A stretch of DNA of 64,000 bases from an uncultured Chloroflexia bacterium (lineage in GTDB: Bacteria > Chloroflexota > Anaerolineae > B4-G1 > SLSP01): assembly GCA_963751345.1 (NCBI GenBank), contig CAVVUS010000027.1:64001-128000 (forward strand), written 5' to 3'. The position numbers and the translations under genes are program-made. Shown piece by piece: positions 48,124 through 58,515 of this stretch (position 1 is its first letter; every line of letters starts with the position of its first letter). The notes beneath the pieces were generated by a model. That model saw only the letters and a program-made list of their open reading frames with translations. It did not search any database and was not told the origin of the DNA.

Positions 48124-48957
48124 CTACACGCCACTAAACGCGCTAAAGCCACCGTCTACGGGGACGACAATGCCGGTCACAAAGCTTGCGCCATCGGAGA
48201 GCAGCCACAGCGTGGTGCTGATCAGGTCCTCGGGATCACCGAAGCGTCCCATTGGCGTATGACCGATGATGGTTTGCCCCCGCGAGGTCAAGCCGCCTGT
48301 CGCCTCATCCGTCAAGAGAAAGCGATTCTGCTCCGTTAGGAAGAACCCGGGCGCCAGAGCATTCACGCGAATACCCGGAGCATACTCCTGATTCATATGC
48401 ACCGCAAGCCACTGTGTGAAGTTACTTACCGCCGCTTTCGCCGCAGAATAGGCGGGTATCCGCGTCAGGGGCTGGAACGCGTTCATCGAGGAGATATTCA
48501 GGATGACGCCTTCCCCCTGGCCTGCCATCATCTTGCCAAAGACTTGGCACGGCAGCAGCGTTCCAATGAAATTAAGGTTGAAGACCCACGTCACGGCATC
48601 GGCAGGCAGATCGAAGAAGGTGAGGTCCGGTGTCGTGGTGGCCTCTCTCTTGTTGCCGCCGGCGCCATTGATCAGGATGTCCACCCGGCCAAACGCCTCG
48701 ATAACTGCTTCGGCGGCCGATTGGACGCTGGTCTTGTCCAGAACATTGCACGTCACAGCGACGGCCTCACCGCCTGCCTCACGGACATCGGAGGCGACAC
48801 GCTCGGCAGCCGCTGTGGCGATGTCCAGTACCGCTACCTTGACCCCCATCCGTCCCAATGCCCGGCTCATCGTCCCCGCCAGTACCCCGCCGCCGCCTGT
48901 CAAGACGGCGACCCGACCTTCGAGACCGAATAACTCAGCCAAATACGCCTGATCCAT
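48124..48957 (-). CDS. uxuB: SDR D-mannonate oxidoreductase (fructuronate reductase)
   Basis: TGGGGVL, INGAGGN, SSMNA..PLTRIPAYSAAK, NALAPGFF; adjacent to uxaE/uxaC. Confidence 0.82.
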   Translation of the reverse strand: MDQAYLAELFGLEGRVAVLTGGGGVLAGTMSRALGRMGVKVAVLDIATAAAERVASDVREAGGEAVAVTCNVLDKTSVQSAAEAVIEAFGRVDILINGAGGNKREATTTPDLTFFDLPADAVTWVFNLNFIGTLLPCQVFGKMMAGQGEGVILNISSMNAFQPLTRIPAYSAAKAAVSNFTQWLAVHMNQEYAPGIRVNALAPGFFLTEQNRFLLTDEATGGLTSRGQTIIGHTPMGRFGDPEDLISTTLWLLSDGASFVTGIVVPVDGGFSAFSGV

Positions 48958-49031
48958 GTCGCCTCCTCTTGCTGATAGCAGATGACGAGTGGCGATTGAT
49001 CTGAATCCGATCAATCGTCACTCGTCACTGG

Positions 49032-50501
49032 TTACTTCGCTACGTCCGCGAACGGTTCCAGGTGCCGGATGAAGTGCGCCTCCAATGCCGCGTAGTGTGC
49101 TTCCTCGTTTGCGTCCAGGGCTGCCTTGATCCGGTCGCCGTAAGCCTCGAGCGCCGAACCAAAGGTGACGTGAAGCACCTCCCGACCGTCGAAGGTATCC
49201 AAGACAGCGGAGAGGCGCCCGTCCTCCAGCGTATCCGGTGGCGGCACCTTTGCTGCGTCCGCCGATACGTGATAGGTCGCGCGGTCCTCGTCGTAGTGCG
49301 CGATGGCCAGCGCCAGGATCTCGCGGAAGAGCGCCGGATCGACTTCGGCGATAGCCCGAAGCGCTTCCAGGTAACTCGTGCCGGCGGTCTTGAGGTGTGC
49401 GGCGCCGCAGGTATGCTCGGCCATCAGCGGATAGATACTGAACTTGTCAGATCCCGAATGGATGCTGAGCTTGTAGGGACCCAATGCCCGCGCGATGGCT
49501 GCGTGTTTGGCGAACTCGGTCTCGAATAGGTCCAGATCGCCGATATAGTCCACGCCCTTCTCGAATCGCCCAACATAGCGCGGCGCCAGGCTCACCCATT
49601 CCACACCGAGGCGCGACAGCTCGCTGGCGATGAAAATGTGCTCCAGCGCCGACGTCGGGGTCGCGGTCTCATCGACGGAGACCTCGAGTTCGAACGGACG
49701 CCCCCCTTCGGCCTCCACCAGGTGCCGGTACATCCTGGAGGTGTGCGCCAGGGCAGCGCCGTACTTGCAGGCTGCCCGTAGGAGAGAGACCTCGTCGAAG
49801 GTCCCCATCCCCGCAACATACTCAGTGCCCCCCCTCTGGGTACCAGAGGCAATGTATCGGGCGCGCATCGCGTCCGGGTAATCGTGCAACTGGGCCCAGG
49901 GGAGCACCTCGAACTTGCCGTACAGCGTCTCAACGGGATCGGTGTGGGCGTCATTATCGACGTGGTCGCCGGGATCGATGGTGAAAAACGTATATCCCGC
50001 CGCCACACACAGATCGACATCATCGGTCGTCTTCAGATGGTCAGCGTCGGCGCCCCAGGGCGCCCGCCATCCCTCCTCGAGGACCCCCCACATCGCGTCG
50101 TCCATGACCTGCTGTGGCGTGCGCAGGGTCCGGGCGTTCTCGCGCATCGACTGCTGCGCAAGAATCGGCGCCACACCGCCGACCGCTCGCAGCGCACGGA
50201 TATGTCCGGGCGTGGCAAGGCCCAACCTGTCCCCACATCCCCCGGACGTGTGGAGCCCAAGGAGGGTGGGACGCAGCCAGGGCAGGCGCTCGCGGATATG
50301 TTCCGCGTTCTCAGGTGAACGCGCGCAGACCAGCACCTCGCCTCGCTCCGTCCCCTGAAACCCTGCGACATCTCCTGTGACACAAAGTACCTTCTCCCCG
50401 CCGTCATCGCGGGCGAGGAAGTACGTCGTCCCACGCTGCTCCACAATCGATCTCGGATAGATCGTCTCGAACCCGGTCGACTCTCGGAGTTGCTCGACCA
50501 T
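49032..50501 (-). CDS. uxaE: Tagaturonate/fructuronate epimerase
   Basis: GDRLGLATPGH, AQQSMRE, GADADHLK, EVSVDET, HSGSDKF, HLKTAGTSYLEALR. Confidence 0.92.
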   Translation of the reverse strand: MVEQLRESTGFETIYPRSIVEQRGTTYFLARDDGGEKVLCVTGDVAGFQGTERGEVLVCARSPENAEHIRERLPWLRPTLLGLHTSGGCGDRLGLATPGHIRALRAVGGVAPILAQQSMRENARTLRTPQQVMDDAMWGVLEEGWRAPWGADADHLKTTDDVDLCVAAGYTFFTIDPGDHVDNDAHTDPVETLYGKFEVLPWAQLHDYPDAMRARYIASGTQRGGTEYVAGMGTFDEVSLLRAACKYGAALAHTSRMYRHLVEAEGGRPFELEVSVDETATPTSALEHIFIASELSRLGVEWVSLAPRYVGRFEKGVDYIGDLDLFETEFAKHAAIARALGPYKLSIHSGSDKFSIYPLMAEHTCGAAHLKTAGTSYLEALRAIAEVDPALFREILALAIAHYDEDRATYHVSADAAKVPPPDTLEDGRLSAVLDTFDGREVLHVTFGSALEAYGDRIKAALDANEEAHYAALEAHFIRHLEPFADVAK

Positions 50502-50582
50502 ACATGGCTCCTTTCGAGACGGACGTTGACGCGTCTGAAACGCCAGCCGTTTGAACGTTCAAATCTGAAAACGTGCTAACGT

Positions 50583-52020
50583 TCAGACGCCGTCGAACCC
50601 GTAGGCCTTTTTCGCCAGCCCGTAGGCGAGCGCGTGGATCATCTCGACCCCATCCTGCATATCGATCAGCCCACGGACTATGAGGCCTGCCACCCAGTTG
50701 GCCGAAGCGCGGCGCCATACGTCGTGCCGGGCCGGGATCGAGGGGAACGCACGCGTGTCATCGTTGAAGCCGGCGGTGTTGTAGATACCGGCGGTCTCCA
50801 TGATCCGGTCGAAGTAGCGCCGCATCCCATTCACACTGTCGTGGAACCACCATGGCGGGCCAATCTTGACCGTCGGGTAATGTCCCGCCAATGGCGCCAA
50901 CTCGCGGGCATACGTGTCCTCGTCGAGGTTGAAGAGAATCAACGTCAGTCGGGGGTCGTTGCCGTACTTGGTGAGCAGCGGGTGGAGGTTACGCGTGAAC
51001 TCCGAGGCGATGGGGATGTCGGCACCCTTGTCGGCGCCAAACGCCTCGAAGATCCCGGCATTGTGGTTCCGGTATGAGCCGACGTGCACCTGCATCACCA
51101 GACCATCCTCGATGCTCATCCTGGCCATCTCCATCAGCATGTGGCCGGTGAAGACCCGCGCGTCCTCCGCAGTAGCCTCGGCCTTGAGCGCGCGGGCAAA
51201 GATCGCCTCGGCATCTGCCGGGGGTAGCTCCCCGGTGTAAGCCGTCAACACCGCGTGGTCCGTGGCATGCGCCCCCATCTCCTTGAAGAAGGCCCTGCGC
51301 TCCTCCAGCGCCCGCACCAGCAGCTGGTAACTGCTGATCTCGTAGCCAACGGAGTCGGACAAGGCCTGAAGGTGCTCTCGCCAGCCGGCCGTGCCCAGGT
51401 TGACCACGGCATCAGGCCGGAAGGTGGGCACCACCCGTCCCGTCCAACCGGAGTCCTTGATCGCCTGATGGTAGCATTAGCGTATCGCTGGCGGCATCCG
51501 TCGTGCAGAGCACCTCGATGTTGAAGGCCTCGAAGAGCCGCCGGGGCTTGAACTCGGGCTGTGCCAGCTTGTCCGCGAGTTGGTCGTAGATCCTCTGGGC
51601 CGATTCGCCCCGCAACTTCTCATCGACGTCAAAGAGCTCGATGAGTTCCTGCTGAAGCCATGCACCGCTCGGCGTGCCCCGGAAGAGATAGAAGTTGTCG
51701 GCGAGGATCTGCCAGATTCGACGGGCACGATCCTCGCTCATCCCGGTGGCATCGCCTCCCAGCCGCGGCACCCCCTGGTCATCAAGCGATATGCCCTGCG
51801 AATAGAGCATGCGGAAGACGTAGTGATCCGGGATGATGAACATCTCCGCCGGTGACCCGAACGTGGCGTCGGGGTCGGCGAAAAGCCGGGGATTCACGTG
51901 CCCATGAGGGCATACAAGGGGCAGATCCGACACCTGCTCATACAGCTCGCGGGCGACACGCCGTTGCGTCGGGTCAGGATCGAAATACCGGTTGGGGTCC
52001 AGTGTCCACTCTCTTGCCAT
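50583..52020 (-). CDS. uxaC: Uronate isomerase, frameshift near 51470
   Basis: CPHGH, PDHYVFRML, CTTD, PTFRPD, GPPWWFHDS, FNDDTRAF, ARHD. Confidence 0.92.
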
Positions 52021-52048
52021 ACTCACCTCCTCATCTCAATTCGCTCTA

Positions 52049-52080
52049 ACCTTCGCAAGGTCCTGGACCTTGCGAAGGTT
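52049..52080. repeat. REP-like intergenic palindrome
   Basis: ACCTTCGCAAGGTCC-T-GGACCTTGCGAAGGT(T), perfect inverted repeat. Confidence 0.8.
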
Positions 52081-52112
52081 GGCATTCATCAACCCCGCGA
52101 GTTGGAAATCAG

Positions 52113-53189
52113 TCACGGCGCGCTCGCCCGGACCACGAGCCGTGGCTCCAGGAGAACCTCCCGGGTCAGCGTCGGCTCTCCCCGGATCTGGCTCAGAAGC
52201 GACTCGACGGCCCTGACCCCAAGCTCGTGACGGGGGATGCGGCACGTCGTCAACGGCGGCGTAACCAGAGCCGCCAAAGGGATGTCATCGAAGCCGACGA
52301 CGGCGATATCCTGGGGGACCAACTTCCCGATCTCCCGGCAAGCGCCCAGCGCCCCCACGGCCACCAGGTCGTTGTAGCAGATCAGGGCGGTCAGCTCGGG
52401 GTGTCGAGCCAGAAGTCGCAGGGCCGCTGTCCGGCCCCCCTCGGCGACCGGGGCCCCGATCTCTATCCAGTCGGCGTCGCGTGGCAACCCTGTCTCGGTG
52501 AAAACGGCTGCGTAGCCCGCCAGCCGGCGTTGGCCACTGTGCGATCCCCGCGGCCCCGCCAGAAAGCCAATCGCGCGGTGCCCACGGTCGAGAAGGTGCC
52601 GCGTCGACAGCCGCCCCCCCTTCACGTCATCCACCAATACGGCCGCGCCGCCTCGGCCGGTCTCATTCACACTCCGGTTGACCAGCGCCACCGCCGGGTA
52701 GGATTCCATCACCATCTGCAGGTCACCGAGGTCCAACCGTGAGCTACAGAGCACGATGCCGTCGACGCGCTTCTCCTCCAGCGAACCCAGGACATCCAGC
52801 TCCCGCTGAGGATCTTCGTCGGTGTTGCACAAGAATACGTTATAGCCTTCGGCATAGGCGACTTGCTCCACCCCCCGGGCCACCTCGGCAAAGAAGGGAT
52901 TGGCCACGTCAGGCACCACCAGACCCAGGGTCCCGGTGCGACGCGTCGCAAGGCTGCGGGCGATGCTGCTGGGTCGATAGCCGAGTCGCTCGACGGCCTC
53001 TAGGACGGCCTGTCGCGTCGCGGGGCTGACGTCGCCCTTCTCGTTGATGACGCGCGAGACCGTCATCATCGAGACACCGACCTCTCGGGCAACGTCGGCC
53101 ATCGTCACGCGGCCGATGGGCTTAGCAGGCTCAGACACAGGCAGCGACCTCCTCGCAAAGGGTTCCCGGATGAGACGGAACAAGGTCAT
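52113..53189 (-). CDS. LacI-family transcriptional regulator
   Basis: TMADVAREVGVSMMTVSRVIN HTH; VVGFDD; PPLTT; the start may lie slightly downstream. Confidence 0.94.
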   Translation of the reverse strand: MTLFRLIREPFARRSLPVSEPAKPIGRVTMADVAREVGVSMMTVSRVINEKGDVSPATRQAVLEAVERLGYRPSSIARSLATRRTGTLGLVVPDVANPFFAEVARGVEQVAYAEGYNVFLCNTDEDPQRELDVLGSLEEKRVDGIVLCSSRLDLGDLQMVMESYPAVALVNRSVNETGRGGAAVLVDDVKGGRLSTRHLLDRGHRAIGFLAGPRGSHSGQRRLAGYAAVFTETGLPRDADWIEIGAPVAEGGRTAALRLLARHPELTALICYNDLVAVGALGACREIGKLVPQDIAVVGFDDIPLAALVTPPLTTCRIPRHELGVRAVESLLSQIRGEPTLTREVLLEPRLVVRASAP

Positions 53190-53198
53190 CGTCTCACC

Positions 53199-53242
53199 GT
53201 TAGCGCTAACATGATATTAGCTCAGGTGTGCCTGGGTGTCAA
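53199..53242 (-). promoter_or_regulatory. Sigma70 promoter plus LacI-type operator
   Basis: Minus strand TTGACA (53242-53237)-17 nt-TAATAT, followed by the palindrome GTTAGCGCTAAC (53199-53210). Confidence 0.8.
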
Positions 53243-53513
53243 GCCATAGAGAACCCAGACATACCATCGGATAACAGGCACATCACAAACATCGGCGCCC
53301 CGGTCCGGAAAGGATCTCCAGATCGGGGCGCTACCACCAACACGATTCAGGATGCGTCACTCCGGGACAAGGTCTTGCTTGCGGCAGCCGTTGCCCCCCG
53401 AGACGCCCTTACGAGCTATTCACGCAGCCTCATAGTTACCGCAGTCGACCGGTATGCCGAGAGGACGGACCTTCAGGCCGTTGGTAGCGGCGGCTGTGAG
53501 AGGATTGCCGACC

Positions 53514-54642
53514 TCAGCCGTTGGTTGTAGATCTGTCAATAGAGTCATCCGCACCTGCCGGTGGGGCCGGCAGGTGCGGGTCAACTACGCCGTAGTCGTG
53601 CGCAGCTTCCAGAAATGCCGCGACGTTCTCCCAAGGGATGTCGGGCTCGCCGAGGTCATAGGCCGGAGAGAGGATGAGCCCCGCGCGCCCCAACGTGTCG
53701 ACCCGCAGCTTCACTTCACGCCGGATCGCATCGGGGCTGCCGTAGCTGAATGTCCGCTGGTTACCTACTGTGCCCCAGAACGCCAGCCGCGGGCCATACC
53801 GATCCCGGATCTTCTCTGCATCCATGTGATCTGCCTGCAAGGGGTTGATGCCGTTCACGCCGATGTCGATCAGATCGGGGATGATCGGGGCATAGGCGCC
53901 GTCGCTGTGGAAGATGATCGCGCAGATCCGGCTTGATCGCCCGGGCCCCTTCGATGATCGCCGCCATCCGCGCCTTGAAAAAGCGCCGCCACGTCTCGGG
54001 GCCAATCATCATCGTCACCGGCGCCCCGACATCATCATCGAGCGAGAGCAGGTCGACCCCGGCGCGGGCGAGGGTCTCCGCGTTTCGACACGCGAAGTCG
54101 GCCAGCCGGTCCAGCAGGAAGTCCGCCCAGTCGGCCCGCTCCAAAAGGTCCAGCAGGAAGTTCTCGAGGCCTCTCAGACGCCAGGCAGCCTCAAACAACT
54201 CGCCGCCGAGATGCGGCAGGTTTCCCCCCGCCGCGAGACCTCGGTCGTGCAGCGTCTTGACCTGGTCGCGCAGCCCATCGACGTGATAGGGTGCGCTGAC
54301 ATCAGGAAAGGGGAAGGCCTGAAGATCGGCTAGCGTCTGCGCTGTGGCGAGCGGGTTGCGCACGGTGGGAGTCTCAGGCCGATACGACCAGTGTGCGTAG
54401 GTCGCCATCTGTTCGAACGTGCCCAAGCGTGTGTCATACGGAAAGGGACGCGCCGCCGCGCGGAACGCCTCCTCCTCGGGTGAGGGGGGGAAGTGCACAA
54501 ACTGCACATCGATCAGCGCCTCCCAATCGTATCCCGGAGGCGCAAACCCGTCGAGGTTGACGTGGAAGAAGTTAAGGGCACAGGGCACCCGATCCGGTGT
54601 CCCGCCGTCCAGCGCCGTCAAGATACGGTCACAACCATCCAT
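53514..54642 (-). CDS. URO-D-family protein, frameshifted; 3' end uncertain
   Basis: DGGTPDRVP, LRGLENFL, DDVG..MMIGPETWR, FHSDG, NPLQ, FWGTVG. Confidence 0.8.
53549..53579. terminator. Strong hairpin at the 3' end of the URO-D gene
   Basis: CCGCACCTGCCGG-tgggg-CCGGCAGGTGCGG. Confidence 0.5.
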
Positions 54643-54718
54643 ATCGGCTGCCTCCCTTATGACGATGAAGTGACACGAACGACGGATCGAACGCCCTCAA
54701 CAGGACACTACTATCGGC

Positions 54719-55714
54719 TTACTGGCGCACCGCCCGTTCGCGATTATACAGGACCAGCAACAACACCATGATCACACCTTGCACAATGTTGCGTATGGGC
54801 TGCGACAGTGCCAGCACTGTAAGCCCATTGCTCAACACGATCATAAGCAGTGCACCGGAGATACTGCCGGCAAAACTTCCGATGCCACCGGTAAAGGCTG
54901 TGCCACCCACGATCACCGCCACCAGCGAATTGAAAGCATAGTCGTCGAAGATCTGGCAACGTGCCGTGCCCATATAGGCTGCGCCCAGCATGCCGGCAAA
55001 TGCGGAGAGCATAGCCGAGAACACGTACATGAGGATGCGGATCCTGTTGACCTTCACGCCCGTGAGCTCCGCGGCCGTCGGGTTGTTGCCCATGATGAAG
55101 AGCTGCTTGCCAAAACGCGAGCGGTTGAGCAAGAAGAAGACCAACGGCATCAACACCAGTGCATACAGCGTCAGAGAAGGTAGAAAGCCCCAGATCTTGT
55201 TGATGACCGAGCTTACGAAATTCGGTGAGGCATAGCCACTCGGGGTTCCCTGCGTGAACACATATTCCATTCGGGTCACCACGTTGCTGATAGCCATCGT
55301 CACGATCATAGGAGGAAGATCGATCTTGACGGAGCAAAAGCCGTTGAGCAAGCCTATGATAGCACCCATCCCCATGGCAAGGGCGAACACAAGCGGGAAC
55401 TTGCCGTTCTGCCCATTCATGACATAGGTGGTCAATATAGCAGCCGAGGACATTACGGCGCCCACCGTAAAATCCAACCCTCCGCCTATCAGCACCATCG
55501 TCTGGCCTGCCGAGGCGAAGCTCAGCAGTAAGGTCAGGAGCAGGATAGAACCAAGGGCGCTCATATTGAACGACTTGGGATTGATGGCAACAGTCGTGGC
55601 GAAGAGGAGCACAGAGATGATCACCGCCATGCGAGCGGGGCTGCTCTGTATGAAAACTCGGGCCCTATTGCTCGTCGTCATTCTATCTGCTAGTTTAGCC
55701 TGCAACGCGCTCAC
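54719..55714 (-). CDS. Sugar ABC transporter permease (RbsC-like)
   Basis: GGLDFTVG, GNNPTAAELTGV, AVIVGGTAFTGG. Confidence 0.9.
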   Translation of the reverse strand: MSALQAKLADRMTTSNRARVFIQSSPARMAVIISVLLFATTVAINPKSFNMSALGSILLLTLLLSFASAGQTMVLIGGGLDFTVGAVMSSAAILTTYVMNGQNGKFPLVFALAMGMGAIIGLLNGFCSVKIDLPPMIVTMAISNVVTRMEYVFTQGTPSGYASPNFVSSVINKIWGFLPSLTLYALVLMPLVFFLLNRSRFGKQLFIMGNNPTAAELTGVKVNRIRILMYVFSAMLSAFAGMLGAAYMGTARCQIFDDYAFNSLVAVIVGGTAFTGGIGSFAGSISGALLMIVLSNGLTVLALSQPIRNIVQGVIMVLLLVLYNRERAVRQ

Positions 55715-55729
55715 CTCCCTCTAGCTGCT

Positions 55730-56824
55730 TCATAAAGCCCCACCCGAGGGCGTAGCGCCGCCCATTTGCGGTTCAACAACCCGCTGATCCCCCTTGAACT
55801 GCCTCACAAATCCCTGCTTGAGAGCCTCGCGCTGCTCCTTAGCGGTCACGATTGTCATCAACAACCCCAGAAATATGATGATATCGGACACGAGGTTCTG
55901 CCAGTAGGAGGTCACGGTGAAACCAGGGATAAGCTTGAAAAGCAGGTTGAAGAAATAGTAGACTGCACTCTGGATCATCACAAGAAAGCCCGCACCAAAG
56001 AAGGCACAGGCCATAGAGCCCCAACCACCAAAGCCCAGACCTCCGATGATGCATGCAGACAGCGTACGGAGGCCGTAGGCCTCTGCTTGCAAAGGGTTGC
56101 CGGAGGCCGTCATAAGCGTCAGGGAGACCCCGGCCAAACCCGTGATGACTCCCTTGATCATGAATGCCTGAAACTGCACCCATACCGGGCTGATCCCCGC
56201 AGCGAAGGCATTCCGCGGATTACCGCCCACGGCATAGATGTTGCGGCCGAATTTGGTGCGCATCAGATAAGCCCAGACCAAGAAGACGACAATCAAGAAT
56301 AGCACCGAGAAGGGAATAACCCCACCAATAAGCGAATCGTAGGTCTTGTAGAACACCTCGGGCACCTTGCCCTGCGGCTTGTCCATCACCAGGACGTTGA
56401 CCCCGCGCACGATGTAGATGAGCGAAAAGCTCGCCAGCATCGCAGGCAGACGCACGACCGATACCAATGCCCAACACACCGCGGACACGATAAGAGACGC
56501 CAGGATGCCCATCAAGAAGCCCACAAGGAGCGAGACGCCCCACTCTTGAAATACCATGATGGATACGACGTTGACCAGCGCTAGCTGTATGCCGATAGAG
56601 ATATCAAGCGTGCCGGCAATCAACAGCGGGCTCATCGCCATGGTCGCTAGCAGCAACGGCATGTTCTTTGAGAACAACGTGTTGAGGTTTCTGGTGCCAA
56701 AGAACTGCCCCGGGCCTTGCACGACGATATTGAGAACCAGCACAAACAGAAACAACGTAAATCCAACAAACGCGGGGGTACGTCGAAAACGTGCAAACGC
56801 CCGTTTAATATCGCCCACGCTCAT
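55730..56824 (-). CDS. Sugar ABC transporter permease
   Basis: LDISIG, FGRNIYAVGGN, multi-TM. Confidence 0.9.
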   Translation of the reverse strand: MSVGDIKRAFARFRRTPAFVGFTLFLFVLVLNIVVQGPGQFFGTRNLNTLFSKNMPLLLATMAMSPLLIAGTLDISIGIQLALVNVVSIMVFQEWGVSLLVGFLMGILASLIVSAVCWALVSVVRLPAMLASFSLIYIVRGVNVLVMDKPQGKVPEVFYKTYDSLIGGVIPFSVLFLIVVFLVWAYLMRTKFGRNIYAVGGNPRNAFAAGISPVWVQFQAFMIKGVITGLAGVSLTLMTASGNPLQAEAYGLRTLSACIIGGLGFGGWGSMACAFFGAGFLVMIQSAVYYFFNLLFKLIPGFTVTSYWQNLVSDIIIFLGLLMTIVTAKEQREALKQGFVRQFKGDQRVVEPQMGGATPSGGAL

Positions 56825-58344
56825 GCAGCCTCCTTTGCCGCCTCGGTCTGTTCACGCGTCAGGCCCATCATGGCCGCCACCAGCCGCTCAGGTGTCTTGG
56901 AGGCGCCGGAAAGCAGACCGCTCACGCGGCCTTCGTAGAAGAGATACACGCGATCCGCTATCTCAAGCAGTTCATCATTCTCGCTGGACGAGAGAATGAC
57001 CGTCATCCCCTCGTCTGCACACTGCCTCAATATCCTGTGTATCTCGCGACGAGAGTGGATATCCACGCCCTTGGTAGGGTCGTCGAGAAGCAGCAGCGTG
57101 GGGTTCATCGCGATCCACCGGGCAACGACCAGCTTTTGCTGGTTGCCGCCCGAGAGCGAGCTGGCCGGATGCTTGATCGAGCCAACCGTGATGTCATACT
57201 TATCCACGGCAGCCTGCGCAAAGTCCCGAACGACTTTGGAGGGCAGATACTTGAACAGGGCACCCTTTGCCGCACGGCCCGCGAAGATATTCTCCCCCAC
57301 AGAGCGGTCGGGGAACATCGCTTCGCGATTGCGTTCGCCCGAAATGAAGCCAATGCCCTGATAGACGGCGTCCGCGGGGGAGTGAAAGTGGACCTCTTTC
57401 CCCATGTATACGATGGTGCCGTCGTCGGGATGCGTCACACCCAGAAGGGCGCGAATGAACTCCGGCTGCCCCTGCCCTTCTAGGCCACCGATTCCCACGA
57501 TCTCGCCCTTGTAGGCCTTGAGGGAGATGTCCCTAACTTTGGGATAGAGCGCAATATGCTCTACGTCCAGCACGAGATCGCCGCCCTCGTGATCGAGCGA
57601 CTCCGTCTCGTGGGCCGCCTCCGCATCGGGCCTCTGTCCGGTCATATAGAACACGATCTCGTCGAGCGTGACCTCGCCGGTGCTGACGTGCGCCACGGTT
57701 TCGCCGCTGCGCATAATGGTAGCCGTATCGCAGATCTCGTAAATCTCGTTCATACGATGGGTCACGTAGATAATTGCAGTACCCTGGGCTTTGAGCTCGC
57801 GCAATACGCCAAAGAGCAACTGGACCTCATCGCGATGCAGGGCAGCGGTCACCTCATCAAGCAACAAGAGGCGCGGCTTAAGGTAGACGGCCTTCGCCAC
57901 CTCCACCATACTCTGCAGCGACGGCATCAACGTCTGCACATAAGCATAGGGGTCGCAGTCAATGTGAAATCGATCGAGAAGCGCGACGACATCGCTTAGC
58001 GACCTCTTCCGATCCACCATGCCCAGCTTGCCCTCGGGCTCACGTCCAAGCAGGATGTTATCCAGCACGGTCATCGTAGGTATCAGGCTAAGATCCTGGA
58101 AAGCTGTAGCGACTCCGAGACGACGGGAATCCTCACCCGAATGGATGGTCACCCGCTCCCCGTCGAAGCGTATCTCCCCGCCGTTCGGCTTGACCGTCCC
58201 GGCAAGGATCTTCACCATTGTGGATTTGCCGGATCCATTGGAGCCCAGGAGCGCTCGAATCTCTCCGGGCTCTACCTGCAGCGAAGCACCCTTACAGGCT
58301 ACAACTGCGTCGTACCTCTTGTCAACTTCACGCATTTCAAACAC
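56821..58344 (-). CDS. Sugar ABC transporter ATP-binding protein (RbsA-like, duplicated domain)
   Basis: GSNGSGKST, LSGGNQQK, LDDPTKGVD. Confidence 0.93.
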   Translation of the reverse strand: MFEMREVDKRYDAVVACKGASLQVEPGEIRALLGSNGSGKSTMVKILAGTVKPNGGEIRFDGERVTIHSGEDSRRLGVATAFQDLSLIPTMTVLDNILLGREPEGKLGMVDRKRSLSDVVALLDRFHIDCDPYAYVQTLMPSLQSMVEVAKAVYLKPRLLLLDEVTAALHRDEVQLLFGVLRELKAQGTAIIYVTHRMNEIYEICDTATIMRSGETVAHVSTGEVTLDEIVFYMTGQRPDAEAAHETESLDHEGGDLVLDVEHIALYPKVRDISLKAYKGEIVGIGGLEGQGQPEFIRALLGVTHPDDGTIVYMGKEVHFHSPADAVYQGIGFISGERNREAMFPDRSVGENIFAGRAAKGALFKYLPSKVVRDFAQAAVDKYDITVGSIKHPASSLSGGNQQKLVVARWIAMNPTLLLLDDPTKGVDIHSRREIHRILRQCADEGMTVILSSSENDELLEIADRVYLFYEGRVSGLLSGASKTPERLVAAMMGLTREQTEAAKEAA

Positions 58345-58441
58345 GACTTGCCACCTCTGATCGATAATGACGGCACCCAGGGGGGTATGTCGAAACTGCC
58401 GGGCTTCGTACCTTCAACTCCATAGGACCGCACCTGCGATT

Positions 58442-58475
58442 GGCTTGGTCGGCGGAGAGTCTCCGCCGACCAAGC
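58442..58475. terminator. Hairpin between the binding-protein and ATPase genes
   Basis: GGCTTGGTCGGCGGAGA/TCTCCGCCGACCAAGCC inverted repeat; typical stabilising stem after SBP genes. Confidence 0.65.
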
Positions 58476-58515
58476 CCTATCCGGTTCTTGCTGTCCGACG
58501 AAAAGCCCCGTACGC

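Noticed and set aside
53400-53460. tmRNA tag-like NYEAA*
   Set aside because: No tRNA-like 5' GGGG or 3' TTCRA...CCACCA ends seen.
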